A stretch of 64,000 nucleotides of DNA, taken from positions 480,001-544,000 of the forward strand of contig CAWDGJ010000003.1 in NCBI GenBank assembly GCA_963801815.1. Reading direction: 5' to 3'. Positions 1 to 10,111 of this stretch are shown here, in pieces. The position numbers were made by a program, and so were the translations under genes. Position 1 is the first letter of the stretch. The number at the start of each line of letters is the position of its first letter. The notes beneath the pieces were generated by a model. The model was given only the letters and a program-made list of their open reading frames with translations, made no database searches and was not told where the DNA came from. The stretch comes from an uncultured Verrucomicrobiae bacterium. GTDB lineage: Bacteria; Verrucomicrobiota; Verrucomicrobiia; Chthoniobacterales; UBA10450.

Positions 1-248
1 TCTCGCAAAAACTTCACTAGCCGTTCGTCTTTCTCGATCGCGAGGACGCGCGCGCCTTTGGCGAGGATGATTTCGGTCAACGCGCCGAGCCCCGGTCCAA
101 TCTCAACGACGAAGTCCTCCGCGCCGATTTCGGCTTGCTCGACAATCCAGCGAGCCAGATTTTGATCGTGCAAAAAGTTTTGGCCGAGGCTCCTTACGGG
201 AGAAACACCGATTTCCCGCAGAGTCGTGGTTATTTCGGACAACTTCAT
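1..248 (-). CDS. rsmA: 16S rRNA m6,2A dimethyltransferase RsmA/KsgA, N-terminal part (runs off window)
   Basis: Manual translation from ATG at 248: MKLSEI...SLGQNFLHD...VVEIGPGLGALT...LAIEKD; GQNFL and EIGPG.G motifs. Confidence 0.93.
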   Translation of the reverse strand, partial: MKLSEITTTLREIGVSPVRSLGQNFLHDQNLARWIVEQAEIGAEDFVVEIGPGLGALTEIILAKGARVLAIEKDERLVKFLR

Positions 249-291
249 CAAGATCGACAACTTAGGTCGCGAAGGACCGAAAATTAAGTCC

Positions 292-355
292 TTATTCACA
301 AAACCGTGTGAATAAAACCGCCCCCAGACGCCGTTTTATTCACAAGTTATTCAAC
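292..355. promoter_or_regulatory. Cluster of DnaA boxes
   Basis: TTATTCACA at 292-300 and 336-344, inverted TGTGAATAA at 307-315, degenerate TTATTCAAC at 347-355; match to TTATNCACA consensus. Confidence 0.7.
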
Positions 356-455
356 CCCGTAGCCTAGGCCTGCCGGCCATAGGGCTATCGGGCCGTCCGG
401 CGGCGAAATTGGGAAAGAGATTGCGCAATCGGCGATCTAAAACCATAAACTTTGC

Positions 456-2448
456 ATGAGTTTGAACATCGAAGCTCTCTCGCGGGCGGCAACGGAAGCG
501 CGCGGCTTGTGCATGGACGCGGTGCAAGCGTCGCAATCCGGCCATCTTGGGCTTCCCGCTCGGCTGCGCCGAGATGGGCGCTGTGCTTTACGGCTACGCT
601 CTAAGACATAACCCGGATAAGCCGCGCTGGATCGGACGCGACTATTTCGTTCTCTCGGCCGGCCACGGCTCGCATGTTCCTTTACGCCTGGCTGCACATG
701 AGCGGCTACGATTTGCCGATGTCGGAAATCAAACGTTTCCGGCAATTGCATTCTAAAACGCCAGGACATCCGGAATTTTTTGAAACGCCGGGAGTTGAAT
801 GCACGACCGGGCCGCTCGGCCAGGGCGTCGGCAACGCAGTCGGTATTGCCGTCGCGATGAAAATGGCAGCGGCGCGCTTCAACACCACCGAACACCGCAT
901 TTTCGATCAGCACTGCATCTGTCTCGCGGGCGACGGTTGCTTGCAGGAAGGCGTCTCCGCGGAGGCGAGCGCGTTCGCCGGTCATTTCGGTCTCGATAAC
1001 CTGATTCTCATCTACGACTCCAACGCCGTCACCCTCGACGCACCGGCGACGGCGACGCAGAGCGAAGACACAGCAATGCGCTTCAAAGCCTACGGATTCG
1101 ACGTTCAGGAAATCAACGGTCAGGACATGCAGGCGTTCCTGGACGCACTGAACAACGCCAAGGAGAACAACAACGGCAAACCGAAGCTTATCGTCGCACA
1201 CACATTGATCGGGAAGGGGATCCCGGAGGTCGCGGGAACTTACAAAGCGCATGGTGAAGCGGGCGCGAAGTTCGTCGATGCCGCGCGCAAGGCCCTTGGT
1301 CTCCCGGCCGAACATTACTACGTCTCGAAAGAGACCTACGCGTATTTCGCAGAGCACAAAAAGAAATTGCTCGCCGAATACGATCGCTGGGAAAAAGACT
1401 ATAACGATTGGCGTAAGAAAAATTCAGAGCTCGCCCGGGTTCTGGAGGATGGGGTCGAGAGAAAGGTTCCGACCGATCTGTTGTCGACGATTCCGAAGTT
1501 TCCGCACGACGCGAAGCTCGCCACTCGCAAAGCTGGTAGCGAAGTGCTTGCAGCCGCTTGCGCAAAGAAATGCCTCTCCTGATCAGCGGCAGCGCCGATC
1601 TTTACGGCTCGACGATGAATTACATCAATGACGGCGGCGATTTCACGCGAAATACGCCCGAACGGCCGCAATATCCGTTTCGGCATTCGTGAGCACGGCA
1701 TGTGCGCGATCATGAACGGCATTTCCTATCACGGAATTTTTCGCGCGTCTGGTGCGACGTTCCTGGTGTTCACCGATTATTGTCGCGCTTCCATTCGCCT
1801 CGCCGCCCTTTCCAAGCTTGCCTAACATCTACATGTTCACGCACGACTCCATTGGCGTCGGGGAAGACGGCCCGACTCATCAACCAGTCGAGACAGTGAG
1901 CAGCGTGCGCGTGATGCCACAAATCGACGTCATCCGTCCGGCTGATCCGGAAGAAACCGCGGGCGCGTTTGCGGCGGCGATGGAGCGCATCGATGGACCG
2001 ACGTTGCTTGCACTGACGCGCCAGACGGTTCCGATTTTAAATGATGTCGATGTTCAGTTACGGCGGGACGGCGTGCTGCGCGGTGGTTACATCGCGAAAA
2101 AGGAAAAAGGGAAGCTCGACCTCATCATCATGTCGTGTGGGAGCGAATTGCAACATGCGCTCGCAGCGGCAAAGGAATTGGGTGATGGCACTCGCGTTAT
2201 TTCAATGCCGTGTTTCGAGCGATTCAAGCGCCAGCCGGAAAAGTATCGCGAAGAAGTTCTGCCAAATTCATGTCGCAAACGCGTTGCGATCGAAGCCGGC
2301 GTGCCCGACACCTGGTACGCAGTTTGTCGGGCTGGATGGCAAAGTAGTTGGGCTGCATCGCTTCGGCATGAGCGCGCCCGGCGCTGAAGTGATGAAAGAA
2401 TTCGGGATCGACGCGAATCACGTCGTGGAGGCTGCGAAGTCGCTCTAA
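456..2448 (+). CDS. tkt: Transketolase (several apparent frameshifts)
   Basis: [54 protein letters not shown] spread over successive frames. Confidence 0.93.
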
Positions 2449-3944
2449 AACGCTTCTTCGGATTCAACCGCATCTTCTGCGCGATCTTCAAATCGCGTGA
2501 ACTTCTTTAGGAAAGTGAGTTTGACCTGGCCGATTGGACCATTTCTCTGTTTCGCAATAATAAGCTCAGCCTTGCCTTCCAATTCTGTTCGTTCCTCATC
2601 CGTATCGGCATAATATTCTTCCCGAACAAGTAAACCAACAAGGTCAGCATCCTGTTCGATGGAACCTGATTCTCGCAGGTCCGCCAGCCGAGGGACACCC
2701 TTGCCGCTGCCTGTGCGAATCTCTGGATTGCGATTCAATTGTGCGACAACAATGATCGGAATCTTTAATTCCTTGGCCAAACCCTTTAGCCCGGCGGAGA
2801 TCTCCGAGATCTCAAGTTGGCGATTGTCCTGTGCGCGGCGGGATGTCGATCTCAACAATTGCAAGTAATCGACGACGATCAATTGCACATCCTGCTGCGC
2901 TTTCAGGCGACGTGCTTTCGCGCGCAACTCGAGAATGCTGAGGCCGGCGCTGTCATCGATGAAGATTCTCGCTTCGGCCAGTTTGGAAGCGGCGTGCGTC
3001 AGCTTCGGAAAATCAGATTCGGCAAGAAATCCATCACGTGTCGTTGCTAGGTCTACGCGAGCCCGCGAACAAAGCATGCGCTGAACAAGCTGCTGGGCGC
3101 TCATTTCCAAGCTGAAAATTGCCACGGGAAGTTTCAGCTGTATGGCAGCGTGCTCAGCGATATTCATTGCCAGGGCCGTCTTTCCCATGCTCGGCCGCGC
3201 CGCGATCACAATCATCTCCGAGGGGTGCAGGCCGCTGGTTAGCTTGTCGAAATCGCGAAAACCGGTCGCAACTCCCGTAATTGCGCCTTTGTTTTCAAAG
3301 AGCTTCTCGATTGATTCAAGAGTGCTCATCACTTGCTCTTTCATCGAGAGTATCTGGCCCTTGAAGCGGTCCTCGCTGACGGCAAAAATTCTCTGCTCTA
3401 CTTCATCGAGCAGCTCGTTCACCTCCTCTTGCTCTTCGTAGGCGCGACGCACGCTCTCGGTCGCCGCCTCGATGATGGAGCGCAAAATGTATTTGTCGCG
3501 GACGATTTCGAGGTAATAAGCGACGTTGGCCGCAGTCGGCACGAAGGTGAACAGGTTTGTCACCATTGCCGCGCCGCCTACGGTCTCGAGCAAATTCCGA
3601 TCACGCAGAACTTGGGTGAACGTGATGAGATCAATGCCCGCCCCCGCATTCCAGAGTTCGACCAGGACGGCGAAGATAGTTTGATGTGCTGGAACGTAAA
3701 AATACTCGACCGTGATTTTTTCAACGACTTCCGCGATTGCATCGCGCGGTGAGATCAGCATTGAACCGAGCACGCCTTGCTCGGCTTCCACACTGTGCGG
3801 TGGCGGGCGGTGAATATCCTGCGCAGAACCTGTGCGCGGAATCGGAATAACATTTTCTCCGCTTCGCGCCGCCGAGCCTCGGCCAGCGCCATTTCCTGAC
3901 TTGCGAGGCTCTCGACCTATCCCGGAGGATGGTTGAGTCGCCAT
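2445..3944 (-). CDS. dnaB: Replicative DNA helicase DnaB
   Basis: PPHSVEAEQ, AARPSMGKT, FSLEMS, VDYLQL, LADLRESGSIEQDAD, KQRNGP. Confidence 0.98.
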   Translation of the reverse strand: MATQPSSGIGREPRKSGNGAGRGSAARSGENVIPIPRTGSAQDIHRPPPHSVEAEQGVLGSMLISPRDAIAEVVEKITVEYFYVPAHQTIFAVLVELWNAGAGIDLITFTQVLRDRNLLETVGGAAMVTNLFTFVPTAANVAYYLEIVRDKYILRSIIEAATESVRRAYEEQEEVNELLDEVEQRIFAVSEDRFKGQILSMKEQVMSTLESIEKLFENKGAITGVATGFRDFDKLTSGLHPSEMIVIAARPSMGKTALAMNIAEHAAIQLKLPVAIFSLEMSAQQLVQRMLCSRARVDLATTRDGFLAESDFPKLTHAASKLAEARIFIDDSAGLSILELRAKARRLKAQQDVQLIVVDYLQLLRSTSRRAQDNRQLEISEISAGLKGLAKELKIPIIVVAQLNRNPEIRTGSGKGVPRLADLRESGSIEQDADLVGLLVREEYYADTDEERTELEGKAELIIAKQRNGPIGQVKLTFLKKFTRFEDRAEDAVESEEAF

Positions 3945-3947
3945 TAA

Positions 3948-4499
3948 TTACTCTTCTTTCTTCTCTTCCTTGTGTCTGCGGAAAAATCCACGGCGCTTCT
4001 TTTCCGGATGCTCGCCCGTAGGCTCAGTCTCCGCCTTTCGCGCCTCTGCTGATTTCACATCAAACTTGAATTGTGCGGTCACATCGTGATGCAATTTAAT
4101 CGTGACCTCATGTTCGCCGGTGTCCTTGATCGGGCGCTCGAGCATGATCTTGTGGCGATCGATTTCGATCCCAAGCTCGTTTTTCATCCGGTGCACAATG
4201 TCCTGTGCGGTGATTGAACCGAACGCTTTGCCGGATTCGCCGGTCGCTAATGTAAATACGAGATGAGCCTTGCCAATCTTGCGGGACAGTTCCTCGGATT
4301 CGTTTAATTCGCGGGCTTCCCGTTCGGCGCGCTTCTTTTTCAAATTATCGAGTTGGCGCAACGCGGCTGGCGTTACCTCATAGGCCTTTTTCTGTGGGAG
4401 CAGGTAGTTGCGGGCGTAGCCGCGACGGACCTTTACCACGTCGGCCTCAGCGCCGAGTCCGGGCACGTTGTCGGTCAGAATAACTTCAGTCGTTGGCAT
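3948..4499 (-). CDS. rplI: 50S ribosomal protein L9 with charged C-terminal tail
   Basis: EVILT...V.V..GYARNYLLP, FGSIT, IK.TGEH; start at ATG 4499. Confidence 0.96.
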   Translation of the reverse strand: MPTTEVILTDNVPGLGAEADVVKVRRGYARNYLLPQKKAYEVTPAALRQLDNLKKKRAEREARELNESEELSRKIGKAHLVFTLATGESGKAFGSITAQDIVHRMKNELGIEIDRHKIMLERPIKDTGEHEVTIKLHHDVTAQFKFDVKSAEARKAETEPTGEHPEKKRRGFFRRHKEEKKEE

Positions 4500-4530
4500 A
4501 ATTGAAAATTTTGCGCGCGCGCGAACTCGT

Positions 4531-4559
4531 ATGAAAGCAGTGCACGCATACTCTGTCAA
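4531..4559 (-). promoter_or_regulatory. Putative sigma70 promoter for rplI-dnaB
   Basis: TTGACA-17 nt-TTTCAT on minus strand. Confidence 0.5.
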
Positions 4560-4681
4560 CGCGTGAACAGAAATTAAAATGCAAAAAATTGTTTCGGGAC
4601 AAAATTCATTTTTGTTCTTGCCCGCTGCCATACTTGTCTGTACGCCGGAGTCTTACCTCGGTCTCATGAGCCCCATCACCC

Positions 4682-5863
4682 ATGAAAACACAAAACAAGG
4701 TCAGCTTTGCTGCGGTCTGCGTTTTTCTCGTCGGATTTATACCCGCTAAAGGTCAGGTCACCTTTAACGTCACTGATTTGGGAACCCTCGGTGGCAACAC
4801 CAGCACGGCGAACAGCGTCGCCGGAAATGGTACAAATGCCGCCGGAATGATCGTCGGTTCCTCAACTACGGCCGACAACTCCGAGCACGCCTTCCTTTTC
4901 GTCGAGGACAAAATGTACGATCTGAACACGCTGTGCGATCTTTCCCAAAGCGATTTCAAAGTGCTGACCGTTGCGCGCACGATCAGCGATTCATGTGTCA
5001 TTATCGGTGACGGAGTCACGAAAAACGGCGACAAGCACGCCTTCAAACTCACGCCGCAAAGTGTCGCTGGAGGGCAATGGCATTATCAATGTTGCCAGTG
5101 GGTTTGGATCCAAGACGGCGGCGGCTGGTGGTGGGAAGAAGGTTGCGGCTGCTACAAGTGGCACGGCCCTCCCGGACCGCATCCACCGTGTCCGCCGGAA
5201 AATCCGCCGTGCTGGTGGCTGCCGCTTCCATGTCCGCCGCCGATCCATCGTCCGACGCCAACCCCAACACCTCCACCGCCTTGCTGGTGTTGTATCAATG
5301 GGCAAGTCGTTCAGACTACGCCGGAGGAGTGCCGCGAACGCGAAGGTCAATGTTATCCCACTCAAGAAGAAGCGCTCAGGCACTGCAAAGATCTCTGCTG
5401 GTGCTGCATTGATGGCCACATCGTTCAAGTCGACGCTGCGCAATGCAAAGAGCGCGGGGGCCAGTGTTTCAGTTCCCGCGAAGAGGCGCTCCGGCATTGC
5501 GGACAATTATGTTGGTGCTGTATCAACGGCCAGGTCGTCCAGATGCCTGTGGCCGAATGTCGCGAGCGAGATGGTCAGTGCTTTGGTTCCAGGGAAGCAG
5601 CGTTGAGAAACTGTCGTCCACACCGAACCCCGACTCCGCCACCAAACCAAACGCCGACCCCGCCCCTTACATATGTACCGGGTATTCAACCAACACCGAC
5701 TCCTCCTCCTCGGAGAACAGCGACTCCATCGCGGCGGCCTCACGGGAGCCCAACGCCGCGGACATTTATTGCGAAGCCGAAATCGACGACAACCTCGTCG
5801 ACACGCGGGACGACAACCGGTAGAAAGCAAAGAGGAAGTCCAACCCCACCCGGCAAGCCTTAG
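4682..5863 (+). CDS. Secreted protein with HAF-type extracellular repeats, three Cys-rich repeats and Pro/Thr tails
   Basis: Signal peptide; TDLGTLGG..S.A...IVG.S....HAFL..DLN and a second HAF; three CWCCI.G repeats; PTPTP linkers. Confidence 0.8.
   Translation: MKTQNKVSFAAVCVFLVGFIPAKGQVTFNVTDLGTLGGNTSTANSVAGNGTNAAGMIVGSSTTADNSEHAFLFVEDKMYDLNTLCDLSQSDFKVLTVARTISDSCVIIGDGVTKNGDKHAFKLTPQSVAGGQWHYQCCQWVWIQDGGGWWWEEGCGCYKWHGPPGPHPPCPPENPPCWWLPLPCPPPIHRPTPTPTPPPPCWCCINGQVVQTTPEECREREGQCYPTQEEALRHCKDLCWCCIDGHIVQVDAAQCKERGGQCFSSREEALRHCGQLCWCCINGQVVQMPVAECRERDGQCFGSREAALRNCRPHRTPTPPPNQTPTPPLTYVPGIQPTPTPPPRRTATPSRRPHGSPTPRTFIAKPKSTTTSSTRGTTTGRKQRGSPTPPGKP
5282..5614 (+). repeat. Three tandem 114-bp (38-aa) coding repeats
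   Basis: Units begin at 5282, 5396 and 5510: CWCCIxGxxVQx5CxERxGQCx4ExALRxC. Confidence 0.9.
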
Positions 5864-5885
5864 GAACTAACTCGTAAGTATCCGA

Positions 5886-6440
5886 CTAAATCATTCCGAG
5901 CTTCATCCGCCCGGCTTCGCTGATCATGTTCTGGTTCCACGGTGGGTCCCAGACAAGCTGAACGTCGGCTTCATCTATACCGTCGATCGACAAAATTTTG
6001 CTTTGGGCGTCGTGGGCAATCGCCGGTCCCATTCCGCAACCGGGCGCGGTCAGCGTCATTTTTACTTCCACGCGCGTTCCGCCGTCATCTTTCTTGATCA
6101 GACGACAATCGTAAACCAAACCTAGATCGACAATGTTCACCGGAATTTCCGGGTCGTAACATTGTTTCAATTGATTCCAAATCTCGTCCTCCGAAACTTG
6201 GCCGTTGGTTTTTGCAGCAGGCTTTTCTTTCGCTTCGGTTTTCGGCTTTTCAATGCCGAGCGCATCCAAATCCTTTTCGGCGACCTGCGACAATCCGTAT
6301 TGCGTCGCGATTGTGTAATTTCCGCCCAGCGCCTGAGTGATCACCCCTTTCGTTCCCGCCGGAATCGTATATTTCTGTCCGGCTGGGATCAAAATCACCT
6401 CCAGATCGCGTTTTAACTCGAATTCCTTGTCCTTATGCAT
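5886..6440 (-). CDS. sufT: Fe-S cluster assembly protein SufT (DUF59 family)
   Basis: ITQALGG N-domain; YDPEIPVNIVDLGLVY, MTLTAPGCGMG, VWDPPW. Confidence 0.9.
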   Translation of the reverse strand: MHKDKEFELKRDLEVILIPAGQKYTIPAGTKGVITQALGGNYTIATQYGLSQVAEKDLDALGIEKPKTEAKEKPAAKTNGQVSEDEIWNQLKQCYDPEIPVNIVDLGLVYDCRLIKKDDGGTRVEVKMTLTAPGCGMGPAIAHDAQSKILSIDGIDEADVQLVWDPPWNQNMISEAGRMKLGMI

Positions 6441-6451
6441 CGCCCTAGAAT

Positions 6452-6477
6452 TGTAGCGGCGGTCTATGACCGTCGCA
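6452..6477. repeat. GTAG-type REP palindrome, family A copy 1
   Basis: TGTAGCGGCGGTCTATGACCGTCGCA; 21/26 identical to the reverse complement of 22473-22498. Confidence 0.7.
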
Positions 6478-6491
6478 AATTGCACTCTTCT

Positions 6492-6556
6492 GTGGAGCCA
6501 GCCGTCCTCGGCTGCATTTTGTTTCCATTGAAGCAGGCGCGGGCGCCTGCCCCCAC
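6492..6556. repeat. Inverted GTGG-type REP doublet (REPIN-like)
   Basis: GTGG-AGCCAGCCGTCCTCGGCTG ... GCAGGCGCGGGCGCCTGC-CCCCAC: two hairpins bounded by GTGG and CCAC. Confidence 0.6.
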
Positions 6557-6558
6557 TG

Positions 6559-7821
6559 CTATAGCTTCTTGGGATCTTCGAGGAGCTCGATCACGCGCTT
6601 GAGCAAGCGCCCGGCGCCGCCGCCGTCGAGGCTGCGATGATCGAAGCTGAGCGTCATTTGCGCTTCTGTTCTCGGAACGAATTCTTTTTTGTTCGTCCCA
6701 AACCGGCGCTTTCTTTCCGACGCCGAGCCCGAGAATCATCGTTTGATCGGGCAGGGGAATTGGTGTGCCCCAATCGAGTCCGAACGTGCCGAAGTTGGAA
6801 ACGGACGCGATTCCGCCTGAAGTCATCTCACTCGTCAGCCGTCGACGTCGCGCAAGATCGACCAGCTCCGTGTATTCGATCGTCAGGTCTGCGAGCGACG
6901 TTTTGTCGGCGTTGCGAATGACCGGAACCATGATCCCGTCGCCGGCTTCAACCGCGACGCCGATGTCGATCGATTGCGAACCGATCGCGCGACCGCCAAT
7001 CAGTCGCGCGGCCGCATTTGGTTGCTCGGCAAGCGCAAGCGCGAGCGCGCGCAAAACGTAAAGGGCCGGGCCGGGTTTTGGATCACGTGATTGTCGATCT
7101 TGCAGGACCGGATCGAGACACACCGAAACGCCAACCGTGGCGAGTGGTCGCGTCCAGCTGCGTCGCATCGCATCGGCCACGCCGGTCCGAATCGCGCTCG
7201 GCTTTTCGACTGGCTGCGATTGAATCGAGCTGAGAAAATCTTCGAGATCTTTGATCGTGACGCGACCCGCCGTTACCGCTGCCGGCGATTCCGGCGAGAT
7301 CGGCCTGCGTCAATTGCAACTCGGCCATGCGCGCGCGCACTCGCGGCGAAAGATAGCCCGCACCTTTCGCGCTCGCTGGAACTGGCAGACCTCCGCCTGT
7401 CGACCTGGAAATGCGAACCGGCTGCGACCTGCGGCAGATCGTTTCATCCACTTGGAAATGTGAGCCGCTTCCATTGCCGGTGCGAGCCGTGGTTTCTTCT
7501 TCGCGACCGGGAATCTCGTTCTGCCACTTCGCCTGTCGGCGGTTCTGGCGCGCGTTTTTGAAATCGCGCGGCGTCGGCTTCGCTCGCTTCGACATAACCG
7601 AGCACCGCGCCGACGGCATACGTGCCTTTCACCTCCGCATCGATCTTCGCGATCTCGCCCGCGCACGGCGTGGTCACGCCCATCACGGCTTTGTCGGTCT
7701 CGACCTCGATGATTTCCTGGTCGGCCGAAACTTTGTCGCCCGGCTGGACCTTGATCGCGACGATCGTCGCCTCGGCCATCGATTCGCCGAGCTGCGGCAT
7801 GGTGATTGGAACTTTCGGCAT
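6559..7821 (-). CDS. 2-oxoacid dehydrogenase E2, dihydrolipoamide acyltransferase (frameshifted)
   Basis: Lipoyl domain MPQLGES...EVETDKA; SPRVR...GSG.GG binding domain; SNFGTFG; LSFDHRSLDG catalytic motif. Confidence 0.88.
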
Positions 7822-7856
7822 GAGAAAGTTGAGACGTTAAATCGTTGAGAAGTGGT

Positions 7857-8827
7857 TTACTCGGCAGGATCTGGCGCGCTTTGGCCGCGATCGACTTTCG
7901 CGTTCGGCCGATGCTCGCTCCAAAGATTCGGATGATACGGAATCGGCGTGTCCTTGGCGTTGATGCGCGCCGGCGCGGCATCGAGCAGATGGAAGCCTTC
8001 GGCTGCGACGCGCGCGATGACTTCGGCGGTCACGCCGCCCCACGGGAACGCTTCGCCGACGCAAAGCAATCGTCCCGTGCGCGCGACCGAGGCGAGCACG
8101 GTATCGGTATCGAGCGGCTTTACCGTGCGCAGATCGACCACTTCGATTTCGACTCCGTCCGGCGCTGAATTCCTTCGCGACCGCGAGCGCTTCGTGCACC
8201 ATCGCGCTGTAGGTCACGATGGTGAGATCGCGCCCCGGCCTGACGATTCGCGCCTTGCCGACCGGAAAGCTTTCTGTCGGCAGCGCGTCGGCCTTGAGGT
8301 GGTAGTAAAGATATTTGTGCTCGCAGTAGATGACCGGGTCGTCGATCGCGACCGCGTCGATCAACATGGTGTAGGCGTCTTCCACCGTGGCGGGCGTCGA
8401 CCACGACCAGCCCGGGATAATGCGAGTAAAGTCCTTCCATGCTCTGGCTGTGAAACGGCCCGCTGCCTTTCGTTCCGCCGGAGGGCAAGCGCACCGTGAT
8501 CGGGCAGGGAACATTTGTCCGCCAATACTGCGTGCCGGCGTTGTTGAGAATCTGGTTGAGCGCGATGCTCGAAAAATCGGCGAACTGCATTTCGACAATC
8601 GGCCGCATTCCTTCCATGGCCGCGCCGATCGCCGTGCCGACCATCGCGTCTTCGCTGATCGGCGTGTTCAAGACGCGCCCGGGAAATTCTCCGCCAGACC
8701 TTTCGTGGCCTTGAACGCGCCGCCGAACTTTCCGCGCACATCCTGGCCGTAAATGAAAACGCGCTCGTCCTCGCGCAGGAGACTGCGCCTGCGCTTCGCG
8801 AATCGCCTCGAGGTAAGTGACGCTCAT
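7857..8827 (-). CDS. 2-oxoacid dehydrogenase E1 beta subunit (frameshifted)
   Basis: TYLEAIREA, NTPISE, EMQFADF, GPFHSQS, CEHK.LY, DLRTVKPLD. Confidence 0.9.
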
Positions 8828-8859
8828 TAGAAATGACGAGTGACCAATGGCGAGATGAT

Positions 8860-8992
8860 CGAAATTCGAATATCGAAATCCGAAACAAGCACGAAATCGA
8901 AGATCGAATGACCAAATACGAGACGTGCTTCGCTCTTGGATTTCAGTCATTCGGATTTGTTTGGAGCTTCGACATTCGGATTTCGAATTTCG
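8860..8992. repeat. 7-bp-periodic imperfect palindrome (CGAA-type), copy 1
   Basis: CGAAATT CGAATAT CGAAATC CGAAACA ... inverted arm TTCGACATTCGGATTTCGAATTTCG; 23-nt core identical to 18723-18745. Confidence 0.8.
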
Positions 8993-8995
8993 TCA

Positions 8996-10057
8996 TTACC
9001 CTTGAGGTCTGTCGACCAGTCGCGCGTCGATATCGCGCACCAATCTTCTTCGCGCCATGCGGGCGTCTTCGTGCTGCGCTGTCGCGACTGCCTCATCGAC
9101 TTCTGCCGCAATTTCCGCGCGCATTTGCTGAAGCGTCTCGATCGAGCAAGTCCCTGCTCGAGAATCAACTGCTCGTGCGCGCGACAGCAATCCTGCGCCG
9201 AACGGTTCCTTCTTCATCTCGGCCGGAACGTAGCTGGCGTCGTCGTGTTCGCCGTGACCGGCGAGACGCAGAAGCTAGGCGACGACCAGTTGCGGCGGAC
9301 GGCCGGCGCGCGCGCGTTTCACCGCGCCGCCGATGACTTCGAGGCACGTGGCCAAATCGGTGCCGTCGACTCGTCTGCCCTTCGTAACCGTAACCGTTGC
9401 GCGCGATCGACCAGATCGGCACAGGCAAATTCACGATCGTTCGGCGTGGAGTAGGCGAAATGATTGTTGGTACGCGACGATGACCAGCGGCACTTGCTCG
9501 ACCGCGGCGATGTTCATCCCTTCGTGCGTCGCGCCGGTTTGCATGCCGCCTTCGCCGATCGTCGTTAGGCCAACAAAACCTTTCTCGCCCTTCATTCGTT
9601 TCGCGAGCAGTTTGCCGACCACGACCGGAATCATCGCGCCGAGATGACTGATCATGGCCAGCTGGTCCGTCCGCGGCCAACCACGGTGAATGTTGCCGTC
9701 GCGACCGCGCATCGGACCCTTGACGCGAGCCGAGATAGGTGCGCGACGACATCGAGCAAGCGGTTCGCCAAACGCGGAGCGCCCGGCCTGATCGCGAATG
9801 AGCGGCGCAAAGACGTCGCCCTTCTGCAAAAACATTCCGCACGCCGCGCTCACCGCTTCCTGTCCGCGGCCGACATAAACGCCGCCAGTGATCATGCCGC
9901 CGCGATAGAGGCTGGCCAGCTTTTCCTCGAAGATCCGCGTCTGCAGCATCCAGCGGAACGCTTCGAGATATCGTTCGTGAACGCGTGCTTTCTTCGGCGC
10001 AGTCTTTTCAGGCGCAGCTTTCTTCGATTTTTTTCCGCGCTCCGCCGTTTGAAGCAT
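8996..10057 (-). CDS. 2-oxoacid dehydrogenase E1 alpha subunit (frameshifted)
   Basis: GQEA, GEGG TPP-binding motif, HEGMN.AA, RL.GHGEHDD. Confidence 0.88.
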
Positions 10058-10111
10058 CGACCAATTTTACCCAAGATCGACGACTACGCGCAAAATTTTT
10101 TTGCGCTGGAG

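Noticed and set aside
8860..8992. CRISPR array interpretation of the CGAA repeats
   Set aside because: No constant-length repeat-spacer structure and no cas genes
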